Positions 23,549 to 31,984 of a stretch of DNA of 64,000 nt are shown piece after piece. The notes under the pieces were generated by a model. It was given only the letters and a program-made list of their open reading frames with translations. It made no database searches and was not told the origin of the DNA. The first letter of the stretch is position 1; each line of letters opens with the position of its first letter. Source of the DNA: Candidatus Yanofskybacteria bacterium RIFCSPHIGHO2_01_FULL_44_24 (GTDB lineage Bacteria > Patescibacteriota > Minisyncoccia > 2-02-FULL-40-12 > GWA2-44-9). The stretch spans positions 3,310 through 67,309 of the forward strand of contig MGJK01000002.1 in the NCBI GenBank assembly GCA_001794215.1, in the 5' to 3' direction. The position numbers were made by a program, and so were the translations under genes.

Positions 23549-23637
23549 GGAGGTGTGGCTGAGCGGTCTAAAGCGGCACGGTGCTAACGTGTTGTCCGGG
23601 TTAAACTGGACCGCAGGTTCGAATCCTGCCACCTCCG
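23549..23637 (+). tRNA. tRNA-Ser (anticodon GCT)
   Basis: Acceptor GGAGGTG/CACCTCC, anticodon stem-loop GCACG-GTGCTAA-CGTGT, long variable arm, T-arm GCAGG-TTCGAAT-CCTGC. Confidence 0.75.
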
Positions 23638-23741
23638 CATTGTGTTTTTGCGGTTTCTCGGGAATGGTTAGAAGTTCTGTTGCAAGGCGGCTAATTTATG
23701 TTAGGATAATCTCGCTCAGATTTTTGACAGGGAGAGATTTA

Positions 23742-24131
23742 ATGGCTAATCAAAGAGTTTGGACCAAGGAAGAAATCCTAAAAATGTGGCCCCAGGCCAA
23801 AGGAGAACTTCAGGGATTCCAAAGACATCTTGAAAGAAATGCCGGAATCACGGCATCACAGTTGGGCATGGCTCTGCAGTTAGCCGACGAAGAATTTAGC
23901 AGACTGAAAGGCTCACCAAACCCTTATCAAGACCTTATAGATAAGGTTTGCTCTGCATTAAAAGAAGATTTTGTTAGATTTATTACCACAGGAGAAGGAA
24001 CTAATGTATACCTATCTCATGTTGACCATTGTCCTAAGTGCCAAAGGTCTATAGAAGAAGTAATTAAACGACAAGCAACTGCGTTTGAAAATCTTGCCCG
24101 CTCTTTAAGAGATAAGAGTTCCAGGAAATAA
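23742..24131 (+). CDS. hypothetical protein (129 aa)
   Basis: ATG at 23742 downstream of tRNA-Ser. The longer track ORF (from 23418) would read through the tRNA, so it is trimmed. Confidence 0.45.
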   Translation: MANQRVWTKEEILKMWPQAKGELQGFQRHLERNAGITASQLGMALQLADEEFSRLKGSPNPYQDLIDKVCSALKEDFVRFITTGEGTNVYLSHVDHCPKCQRSIEEVIKRQATAFENLARSLRDKSSRK

Positions 24132-24178
24132 TTCTATGCCGGCCGATAAGCCGGTTTTTGTTATCTTGCTTGGTTAGG

Positions 24179-25234
24179 TTAAAAGTTTTTTACGATTCTT
24201 TCCCAGGGAAGATCGGGTTTTCCGAAATGGCCGTAAATGGCCGTTTTTTGGTAGATAGGTTTCTGCAAGCCGAGAAGATCTATAATTCCTTTCGGTGAAA
24301 AATTGAATGATTTTATAATTTTCTGGCGTATAGAAAAATCATCCCCGGTACCGAATGTCTCCGCCTCTATCATCAAAGGCTCCCGTTTTCCTATGGCGTA
24401 AGCAATACTTACGAGGCATTGCCCCGCGTATTTATTGGCTACTATATTCTTGGCGACGAAGCGAGCCATATAAGCGGCCGAACGGTCTACCTTGGACGGG
24501 TCTTTACCGGAGAAGCATCCTCCGCCGTGGGGGATAAGTCCGCCATATGTATCAACCATAATTTTTCGGCCGGTAAGCCCGGTATCTGCCTGAAATCCGC
24601 CCAATGTAAATATTCCTGTCGGATTTATTAAAATTCTATAATCCCCTCCTCCAAGCGACGGTCTTATTAAATTCTCGGTGACAAGATTTCGTATCTGAGA
24701 AAGATTCATTTCCGGTTTGTGCTGACAGGAAATCAGCACATCGGTAATATCCGAATCTTTCATCGTAACCTGGGTTTTTCCGTCAGGACCCAGCCAGCTG
24801 AACAAGGAGTTATTTCTTCGTAAATTTTCAAGTCCTTGAGCTAAGCGATGCGCGTAAACTACTGTTCTTGGAAGAAATTCCGGAGTTTCGTTGGTGGCGT
24901 AGCCGTACATGATTCCCTGGTCTCCCGCTCCCCCCGTATCGACACCTCGAGCTATATCGGGTGATTGTTCCACCACGTTCGTCACTATCTTAATCTTGTC
25001 GGCATAGCCGATGGAGTCGTACACCTCCTTTACTATTTTTTTGATAGGAACCTTAGTTTTACTTGTTACCTCCCCGCCCACGACCACTAATCCGTGAGAG
25101 CCGAAAGCCTCCACCGCCACCCGGCTTAAGGGATCCTTTTTTAAATACGAATCGAGTATCGCATCCGATATTTGATCACATATCTTATCAGGATGTCCGG
25201 AAGTCACGCTTTCCGCGGTTTTTAATTTTGACAT
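24179..25234 (-). CDS. metK: S-adenosylmethionine synthetase
   Basis: GHPDKICDQISDAILD N-terminal motif and GGGCFSGKDPSKVDRSAAY C-terminal motif. The start is set at ATG 25234, which is preceded by AAAGGAGG and a T-run. Confidence 0.9.
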   Translation of the reverse strand: MSKLKTAESVTSGHPDKICDQISDAILDSYLKKDPLSRVAVEAFGSHGLVVVGGEVTSKTKVPIKKIVKEVYDSIGYADKIKIVTNVVEQSPDIARGVDTGGAGDQGIMYGYATNETPEFLPRTVVYAHRLAQGLENLRRNNSLFSWLGPDGKTQVTMKDSDITDVLISCQHKPEMNLSQIRNLVTENLIRPSLGGGDYRILINPTGIFTLGGFQADTGLTGRKIMVDTYGGLIPHGGGCFSGKDPSKVDRSAAYMARFVAKNIVANKYAGQCLVSIAYAIGKREPLMIEAETFGTGDDFSIRQKIIKSFNFSPKGIIDLLGLQKPIYQKTAIYGHFGKPDLPWERIVKNF

Positions 25235-25711
25235 AAAAAAACCTCCTTTTGGGGAAGTACGGCGTATCTGGTGATCCGGCATATCTCTCCCAATGGTTGG
25301 GCTATAGAGCACCTTGCCCATGGGCAGGTTGCTAGACAGATAATGAGGATATAGATCTCCTATTCTGCGATTAGCAGAACTCTCTGTCTTCTTGATATGT
25401 TTAATTGTTATAACCTCAGTATAGCAATTGTTCATTCGGGGTCAAACGGCCTGGGTGGATTACTCCTGGAGTCGAGGAAACCCGATCGTATAGTTGACGC
25501 CCGAAACAGTCATAAAATATTTTAAATCAAAAATGTCAATGTTGATAGTCAGTGTATAATTAGTGGGTAATTTGACCGAATTTTTATAGTAACCCTCAGT
25601 ATTGGCCCAGTTTTTAAAATTTGACTTTTCTGTAATTTTGATCTATGATTCACCGCTTTGACATGATATATTTTCTTTAGCAGGTAGAATCATTACCTTA
25701 ACATCATCATA

Positions 25712-25760
25712 GAGTTCATTTCAAAATTCTTTTTAGCATATAGAATTTTGAAATGAACTC
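25712..25760. repeat. perfect 19-bp inverted repeat (GAGTTCATTTCAAAATTCT-11 nt-AGAATTTTGAAATGAACTC)
   Basis: Seen directly in the divergent intergenic region between metK and the 25858 ORF. Confidence 0.7.
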
Positions 25761-25810
25761 CGGGCAGCTGAAACGAAAGACCCTGATCGACGGTAGCTGT
25801 TTAAGTGAGT

Positions 25811-25844
25811 TTTCCGCCGTTAGCCTTGCGGTTTAGGGCGGAAA
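25811..25844 (+). promoter_or_regulatory. hairpin 14 nt upstream of start codon of ORF 25858 (possible RBS-sequestering structure)
   Basis: TTTCCGCC-18 nt-GGCGGAAA. Confidence 0.3.
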
Positions 25845-25857
25845 GCTTAATACGACT

Positions 25858-26292
25858 ATGGATAATCATGTTGTAGCAAAGCGCTACAGAACGGAATTAT
25901 CCTCGGTAAAGGATCTTCTTTTTTACTTCCTGCTTATTTGGACTGCGATCCTTCTTGTCTTAAGTTGGCTCGATTTCCTGATACCCAAGCTCGAAGTTTC
26001 CGAAGCTTTAGTCACCAGCTACCTGATACTATTAGGAGTCTACATCGTTCACAAGGAAACATCTCGATGGACCGGCGTTAAACTGAACGTCATGCCGGGC
26101 GAGTTATTCGTATATGTGTGGTGGATCTCTCTTTTAGCGATGCTTCTCATCGGCTTCTTCATACATAACGAAGTCTCATCCCCTATTCGTCACCTCACCT
26201 ATGAAGTTTTAGGAGCTTTTCTGTTGAGCGAACTATCAAAGAGCCTCAACGCCTATAAAAAGGGCGGACGGAACCTCAAAGAAGATAATTAG
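25858..26292 (+). CDS. hypothetical integral membrane protein (144 aa, ~4 TM)
   Basis: ORF with four hydrophobic helices. Confidence 0.5.
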   Translation: MDNHVVAKRYRTELSSVKDLLFYFLLIWTAILLVLSWLDFLIPKLEVSEALVTSYLILLGVYIVHKETSRWTGVKLNVMPGELFVYVWWISLLAMLLIGFFIHNEVSSPIRHLTYEVLGAFLLSELSKSLNAYKKGGRNLKEDN

Positions 26293-26358
26293 GAGGGGCC
26301 TTAAAGCGATTTGAAAACCACGCTGTTTTAAAGTAAAATAAAATGCCAGAGGTGTATT

Positions 26359-26445
26359 GGTGAGGTGGCCGAGTGGTTTAAGGCAGCACACTTGAAATGT
26401 GCCGTACGGGAAACCGTACCGTGAGTTCGAATCTCACCCTCACCG
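26359..26445 (+). tRNA. tRNA-Ser (anticodon TGA)
   Basis: GGTGAGGTGGCCGAGTGGTTTAAGGC D-arm typical of tRNA-Ser. Anticodon stem-loop GCACA-CTTGAAA-TGTGC, long variable arm, T-arm GTGAG-TTCGAAT-CTCAC. Confidence 0.85.
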
Positions 26446-26488
26446 CCGAGGTTTAGCGAATAGTGATTCCCCATTTAAATATAGACAT

Positions 26489-27139
26489 ATGGCTCATTTA
26501 ATAGATTTAAGAAAAAAACCGAAAGAGGCAGTAAAAAAGATTGAAACCGTCAGAAAGATCGGCTATCCTCCTTTGCGTCGCGATAGTAAAAGGCTGAGCC
26601 GGCCGGTTATTAGCAGTGAAAGTGGCGTCAGGGTATCTAATAGCGTCTTAAGGGCGGTAGATAATGAGCACAGACTTGCCAGGCCCGTTATTTCTTGGGA
26701 GGCCCCATCGTTTTACTATAATCCGCAGAAAAAATACTTATCAATGATCATCATGGGTTTGGTAGCTGCCGGAGGCGGACTGTGGATCTTTCAGAAAGAC
26801 AGCTTATCGGCTATTTTTCTGATGATGACATCTTTGATGTTTATTCTTTACGCCAACAAAAAGCCGACCGTATCTCAGATTATCGTTAATGATACCGGAG
26901 TATCCGTTGCTGATACGCACTATCCTTACAGGGATCTGAAATCGTTTTGGATTGATTACAATCCCGGGGGTAACAAGGAGTTGAGCCTTGAGTCAAAGAA
27001 GTGGTATCTCCCCTACGTAAAGGTGTCTATCGCCCAAAAGGATCCTATTGAAATCAGATCCCTGATGTTAAGTTTTATTCCAGAAAAGCAGCATGAAGCC
27101 TCAATAGCCGATTTAATTGCCAGGAAAATCGGCCTTTAA
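26489..27139 (+). CDS. hypothetical membrane protein (216 aa)
   Basis: Internal ATG chosen because the longer ORF overlaps tRNA-Ser(TGA). Two TM helices in the middle. Confidence 0.45.
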   Translation: MAHLIDLRKKPKEAVKKIETVRKIGYPPLRRDSKRLSRPVISSESGVRVSNSVLRAVDNEHRLARPVISWEAPSFYYNPQKKYLSMIIMGLVAAGGGLWIFQKDSLSAIFLMMTSLMFILYANKKPTVSQIIVNDTGVSVADTHYPYRDLKSFWIDYNPGGNKELSLESKKWYLPYVKVSIAQKDPIEIRSLMLSFIPEKQHEASIADLIARKIGL

Positions 27140-27273
27140 TTAACCTCCGCTTTTTGTTAGGCATTTATCCCCTCGTCGTTCAACGGATAGAACAGAAGAT
27201 TGTTCCCGATTTGTCCAAGAGCGAAACGATTGGACACAAATCGCAATCCCGCATAAAATTCAACTAAATCAAT

Positions 27274-27350
27274 GTCCCCGTAGCTCAGCTGGATAGAGCG
27301 TCAGATTGCGGATCTGAAGGCCGGGTGTTCGAATCACCCCGGGGACACCA
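27274..27350 (+). tRNA. tRNA-Arg (anticodon GCG as read; CCA encoded)
   Basis: GTCCCCGTAGCTCAGCTGGATAGAGCG…, anticodon stem-loop TCAGA-TTGCGGA-TCTGA, T-arm GGGTG-TTCGAAT-CACCC, acceptor CGGGGAC-A-CCA. Confidence 0.8.
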
Positions 27351-27357
27351 ATTTTTG

Positions 27358-27404
27358 TGCGGGGCGGATCTTCAAATCGTGGTTCGATTTCACGCGAGGG
27401 GACC
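27358..27404 (+). repeat. degenerate duplicate of the 3' half of tRNA-Arg (att-site-like remnant)
   Basis: GCGGATCT…GTGGTTCGATTTCAC…GGGGACC parallels GCGGATCTGAAGG…GTGTTCGAATCAC…GGGGACA of the tRNA immediately upstream. Confidence 0.5.
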
Positions 27405-27457
27405 GTTTGTTCGAGGGTTCGTAAATAGACGAGCCGTTTCCTCCTTGGGCCGGTTGA

Positions 27458-27466
27458 TGGTATAAT
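27458..27466 (+). promoter_or_regulatory. extended -10 promoter element (TGgTATAAT) 10 nt upstream of recG ATG
   Basis: Sequence TTGATGGTATAATATAGGCCAAATGG. Confidence 0.4.
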
Positions 27467-27475
27467 ATAGGCCAA

Positions 27476-29701
27476 ATGGACCCCTCTCTTTCGATAGAAA
27501 AATTGAAGAACGTCGGGCCGAGGAATCTTTCCCGGCTTTATAACTTGGGGATCAAAACCTTAAAGGATCTTTTATGGCATTTCCCCGTCAGATACGAAGA
27601 TTATACCCAGACCCTCTCAATCTCGAATATTGAGCCGGGACAGAAAGTTAATGTTCAGGGCCAGATTGTCCAAATCAACAGCCGAAGAATATTTCCTCGA
27701 CGGATGTCGGTGACGAATGCAATTGTTCAGGATTCGACCGGCGCCGTAAAAGTTGTCTGGTTTAACCAACCATACATTGAGGAAACCCTACCGGAAGGAA
27801 CTTTCGTGAGCCTTGCCGGCAAGGTCAACTTAGATAAACACGGTCTTTACCTATCCAGTCCGGCCTATGAAAAAATAGTGAATAATGAATCTGGAGCGAT
27901 GAAGCAAGAAAGCGGAATTAAAGATTCACAACCCACAATTCACAATTCAAGCCTCAAGCATACCAGCGGACTCGTTCCGGTTTACCCCGAGACCGAGGGG
28001 GTTACTTCTAAATACTTACGATTTTTGATTAAGCCCCTTCTGAAGACTATAAAGCTCAACGATCCTTTGCCCCCCGCCATTCTTCAAAAGTATAACCTGC
28101 CTCAAATTGATGAGGCCATGAAGACTATCCATTATCCTCTCGATCCGGGCCAGGCGGATTTAGCCAAAGAAAGGTTTGCCTTCGAGGATCTCCTTCTGTT
28201 TCAGCTCAAAGCCCTTCTTGAGAGGCGCAAACTAAATCAGCTAAAATCAATATCCATTAAATTCGATCAGGAGTTTATAAAAGATTTTATTTCTAAACTG
28301 CCGTTTGAGCTTACCAAAGATCAGAAAATAGCTACCCTCGAAATATTGAAAGATATCGAAAAGAGTTATCCGATGAATCGGTTGCTCGAAGGAGATGTGG
28401 GAAGCGGAAAGACCGTGGTGGCATTGATTGCGGCTATGCAAATAGCCAAAGCAGGATTCCAGACTGTTTTCATGGTGCCGACCGAAGTCTTAGCCAACCA
28501 GCATTTTAAAACGGTCAGCTCTCTGGCCGGTCAGGACTTGTTAAGGGTCGGATTGCTTACTTCATCGGCATGCAAGTTGAACGGGTCGGATTTCAAGCGC
28601 TCGGAATTAAAAAAGGAAATAGCGGACGGAGGAGTCGACCTGATAATCGGCACTCACGCAGTTATTCAGAAGGATGTTTCTTTCAAAAATTTAGCCATGG
28701 TTGTGATTGACGAGCAGCATCGGTTCGGAATTCAGCAACGAGCAGCACTGGTAAAAAATTCCAACCCCCAAATCTTAAATGACAAACAAGCGCCAAATTC
28801 CCAAATTGGAAATTCTCAGCAGATAGTTCCTCATCTGCTGAGCATGACCGCCACCCCTATCCCCCGCACATTAGCCCTGACCATATATGGCGACCTAGAC
28901 ATCTCTCTGATAAAAGAAAAACCAAAAAACAGGCAGAAAATTATTACAAAAATAGTTTCTCCGTCCAAAGTTAAGGAAGCTTATCGGTTCGTAAGAGACG
29001 AAGTTGCAAAGGGGCGCCAGGCCTTTGTGGTATGTCCCCGGATAGAAGTGAGCGATCCCAGGAAGGAGATTAAGGTTTCCGGCGAGAGGTCAAAAATGAA
29101 TATACTCTGGGCCGATGTAAAAGCCGTTGAGGAAGAGTACCAAAAATTATCAGGATCAGTCTTTCCGGAGCTTCAGGTGGCGATGCTCCATGGCAAGTTA
29201 AAATCCAAAGAGAAAGATGAAATTATGAAGAAGTTCAAAGATGGAGATTTTGATATCCTTGTTTCCACCTCGGTGATCGAGGTCGGAGTAGATGTTCCTA
29301 ATGCAAGTATTATGATGATCGAGAGCGCAGAAAGATTCGGACTTGCCCAGCTGCATCAGTTCAGAGGAAGAGTCGGCCGAAGCGAGCATCAGTCATATTG
29401 TCTGCTCATTTCCTCTACCAGCGATAAGTCGGTTAATCAAAGGCTTAAGGCCTTGGAGGAATGCGATGACGGATTTGAATTGGCCGAAAAAGATATGTCT
29501 ATCAGGGGGCCGGGCGAATTTTTTGGAGTTAAGCAATCGGGAATCCCCGATTTAGGCATGGCTTCTCTGGCTAATGTTGATCTTATCAAAAAGGCCCGCC
29601 TTGAAGCGCGTCTGCTCCTGAAAGAAAACCCGTCGCTTACTAGCTATCCCCTACTCAAGGATCGTCTGGAGAGTTTTCAGAAGCTGACTCATTTTGAGTA
29701 G
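27476..29701 (+). CDS. recG: ATP-dependent DNA helicase RecG
   Basis: Wedge domain N-terminus, helicase motifs GDVGSGKT, VIDEQHRFG, MTATPIPRT and QLHQFRGRVGR. A low-complexity insertion (NSNPQILNDKQAPNSQIGNSQQ) sits between motifs. Confidence 0.9.
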   Translation: MDPSLSIEKLKNVGPRNLSRLYNLGIKTLKDLLWHFPVRYEDYTQTLSISNIEPGQKVNVQGQIVQINSRRIFPRRMSVTNAIVQDSTGAVKVVWFNQPYIEETLPEGTFVSLAGKVNLDKHGLYLSSPAYEKIVNNESGAMKQESGIKDSQPTIHNSSLKHTSGLVPVYPETEGVTSKYLRFLIKPLLKTIKLNDPLPPAILQKYNLPQIDEAMKTIHYPLDPGQADLAKERFAFEDLLLFQLKALLERRKLNQLKSISIKFDQEFIKDFISKLPFELTKDQKIATLEILKDIEKSYPMNRLLEGDVGSGKTVVALIAAMQIAKAGFQTVFMVPTEVLANQHFKTVSSLAGQDLLRVGLLTSSACKLNGSDFKRSELKKEIADGGVDLIIGTHAVIQKDVSFKNLAMVVIDEQHRFGIQQRAALVKNSNPQILNDKQAPNSQIGNSQQIVPHLLSMTATPIPRTLALTIYGDLDISLIKEKPKNRQKIITKIVSPSKVKEAYRFVRDEVAKGRQAFVVCPRIEVSDPRKEIKVSGERSKMNILWADVKAVEEEYQKLSGSVFPELQVAMLHGKLKSKEKDEIMKKFKDGDFDILVSTSVIEVGVDVPNASIMMIESAERFGLAQLHQFRGRVGRSEHQSYCLLISSTSDKSVNQRLKALEECDDGFELAEKDMSIRGPGEFFGVKQSGIPDLGMASLANVDLIKKARLEARLLLKENPSLTSYPLLKDRLESFQKLTHFE

Positions 29702-29704
29702 GGC

Positions 29705-30049
29705 TTGATCTACCTTCGCGAGATTGGTACATTGGTTGAGCAGAATGCTTCAAGACGGAGCGAGAGAGTGAGAATGAAGGCCGAAGATATGTGTTTACTC
29801 TGGGTAGCGGCCGAATTTCCTGAGCTTCTTAAGGACAAGGAAGAATATCGGCGTTGGTCTCGAGTATTTATAGCCAATGCCTCTACTCAGGGCAGAAAGC
29901 GGGTAGCTAAAGTTCTTAGGGCCATGAAAATGTTAGTTGGCGGTCGGTCTTTACCGAAAGATTTAAAGAAAGAAGGAAGGGTGGCTAAGAGGCTCCTGAA
30001 GTTGGCGGAAGAAAACAGGTATCGAGCTAAAAATCAAAAAACGGCGTAA
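29705..30049 (+). CDS. hypothetical small basic protein
   Basis: 114-aa ORF directly after recG. No family recognised. An internal start (MKAEDM) is possible. Confidence 0.35.
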   Translation: MIYLREIGTLVEQNASRRSERVRMKAEDMCLLWVAAEFPELLKDKEEYRRWSRVFIANASTQGRKRVAKVLRAMKMLVGGRSLPKDLKKEGRVAKRLLKLAEENRYRAKNQKTA

Positions 30050-30062
30050 CGGCCGTTTTAAT
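30036..30062. terminator. short hairpin with flanking A/T runs (weak bidirectional terminator)
   Basis: AAAACGGC-GTAACG-GCCGTTTT. Confidence 0.35.
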
Positions 30063-30370
30063 TTGAGGATTTTCTTTTTCTGGAAACATTGATCCCGGCT
30101 CCGCTGTGGGCGTAAAGGCTTAGTCGAGATAGTTTGACTCCCGGAAATTCCGATCTGACTATTTTTAGAAAATCGGCAATCGTTATATCGTCATTTTGAT
30201 CGACTCCGTCCTCGCCGACAAAGCTCAGATTCAGCGTCCCCCATTCCAAACTGTAGACGAACTTTTTTGTTCGGGCCATTACCGCACCTCCGGCCGAAAG
30301 CTATTTAATTTAATCAGACTGGGTAGCGCTGTCAACAGGCGTGTCCGGTAGGCTTCAGTGTGGGAACCCA

Positions 30371-31945
30371 TCAGGAAGAGATTTGATAGTTTTTTCTAAT
30401 CTTGGGCGTTACCCAGAAGCCCAAGTATTTTCCCAGCATAAGGCGGGTCTGGGCTTCTAATCCCGGAAGAGCCCCAAGACCGATGGTAGTGACTGGGAAC
30501 AGGAGCCATTGGAGAATCATCCATAGGTATTTGAACTTTCCGAATTTCGGAGGACGGGGCGGAAGGAGGATTATCGAAAGAACGGCCGAAGAGACCAATC
30601 CCAGCATGGCCAGGGTCATGATGGTTCTGGTGAGCTGGGGAAGATTGAATGAGAGAACGGTTTGGTTGAACGCCGCCCCGCCGACTATTACCGGCAGCCA
30701 CCCTAAAAGAAAGATTATAACCGCATTGGTAGCCCAAGAATGAAAGCCCTCGATGACCATAAAACCGTAGCGCCATTTTTTGGATAGTGGTATTTTTTTG
30801 TTTTTCATAAATCCAAACAAGAAATAAGGCACGTTTTCCACGCCGTAACCCCAGCGGCGCTGCTGCTTGTAAACGTTTTTGAAAGTTTCCCATGTCGTTG
30901 AAGCCACATTGGCGTCCATCGAGACCGGGTAATACAGGGGAACGACGCGGTAATCGCCGTCGTATCTTAAAAAGCATTGCCAAAAAATACGCGAATCTTC
31001 GGAAACCATGTTTTTTTGCCAGAATCCAACGTCGATAAGGGCCTGAAACGGCATCGAGTGAGAGGAAAAGGTAGTTGCCGTCTCATGCTTCTCTTGCTTG
31101 ATGGTGTGCCAGAAGGTGGCCGAAAAGGCGACGACTCGGGCGAATGACGGTGCTTCCCATATGTTATTTATATAAAGCGGAACCGGTTGGTAGGATGATC
31201 TGAGGGGCTTTTCGGTAGTTAGGTAAGTATATGTCAGAACTCCAAAATACTCAGGGAATATAACCGTATCGACATCGAGATTGGATACTATAATGTTTGC
31301 ATAGGGAATGGCTTGGCGGTCGATGATTTCTCGTTTAACCCGCTCTGCTCCAAAAGAAGTGTTAGATCCTTTTCCGGGTATTTCATTTTGAAGACTTGCA
31401 GGATGCATTACCGACGCCAACCGGAAAAATTTGTCCTTATATTCTACTTCTATGCGCCTTACCGTCTCAGCGGTGGCTTCCCCTCCCCTTTCTTCCCAGC
31501 ATAATATGACGGCCATTTTTGATTTGGGGTAATTGCTTTTTAAAAGCCCGTCCATCGTGGCCGAGACTATCGGATAGCCCTCCTTGTAAATGGGCAGAAA
31601 GATAAAATGATAAATATCTTGCCAGGATTTTACAGACGAGAGCCTATAATCGGTAGTCGGCAGCTTGGTAAGGCGGTCGAGCCAGTCCACTTTTAGGTTT
31701 GTGCGCAAACGATTGTAAGAAACTCTCAGGTGGAAAGACAGATAGATTGTTTTGGTAAGCCAATAGACGTCGAATATTATTATAAAAAGAGCCATCAGGA
31801 CTGGTGCAAAAAAAGAGAGGAGAACGATTAATATTAGTGTCAGCCAAGCTAAAGTCCCCTGCATTGTTTCCAGTAGCCTGTAAAGGAATCTATCCCGAGA
31901 GACTGTAAGGTCCGCAGCCCTGCCTATATGGAGGTATTCCTGCAT
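30371..31945 (-). CDS. family 2 processive glycosyltransferase (cellulose/chitin/hyaluronan-synthase-like), integral membrane
   Basis: QQRRW (QxxRW) motif in YKQQRRWGYG, DxD-like region, N- and C-terminal TM bundles. Confidence 0.7.
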   Translation of the reverse strand: MQEYLHIGRAADLTVSRDRFLYRLLETMQGTLAWLTLILIVLLSFFAPVLMALFIIIFDVYWLTKTIYLSFHLRVSYNRLRTNLKVDWLDRLTKLPTTDYRLSSVKSWQDIYHFIFLPIYKEGYPIVSATMDGLLKSNYPKSKMAVILCWEERGGEATAETVRRIEVEYKDKFFRLASVMHPASLQNEIPGKGSNTSFGAERVKREIIDRQAIPYANIIVSNLDVDTVIFPEYFGVLTYTYLTTEKPLRSSYQPVPLYINNIWEAPSFARVVAFSATFWHTIKQEKHETATTFSSHSMPFQALIDVGFWQKNMVSEDSRIFWQCFLRYDGDYRVVPLYYPVSMDANVASTTWETFKNVYKQQRRWGYGVENVPYFLFGFMKNKKIPLSKKWRYGFMVIEGFHSWATNAVIIFLLGWLPVIVGGAAFNQTVLSFNLPQLTRTIMTLAMLGLVSSAVLSIILLPPRPPKFGKFKYLWMILQWLLFPVTTIGLGALPGLEAQTRLMLGKYLGFWVTPKIRKNYQISS

Positions 31946-31984
31946 CTTTATTATGAAACCACAAAAATCCAATGAAAAAAAGGC

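Noticed and set aside
23418-23741. N-terminal 108 codons of the track ORF 23418..24131
   Set aside because: This stretch reads straight through a well-formed tRNA-Ser(GCT) and its promoter. Only the part from ATG 23742 is kept as a possible gene.
25235-25435. 67-codon N-terminal extension of metK
   Set aside because: A strong SD (AAAGGAGG) plus ATG at 25234 gives the canonical MetK N-terminus. The extension has no homology.
25440-25700. SAM-I riboswitch in the metK leader
   Set aside because: I looked for the conserved SAM-I core on the minus strand and did not find it. I cannot exclude other SAM riboswitch classes without a covariance-model search.
26399-26488. 5' extension of ORF 26399..27139, and the minus-strand ORF 27269..27475
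   Set aside because: Both overlap tRNA genes (tRNA-Ser TGA and tRNA-Arg respectively). The second is probably read-through of structured RNA sequence rather than a gene.
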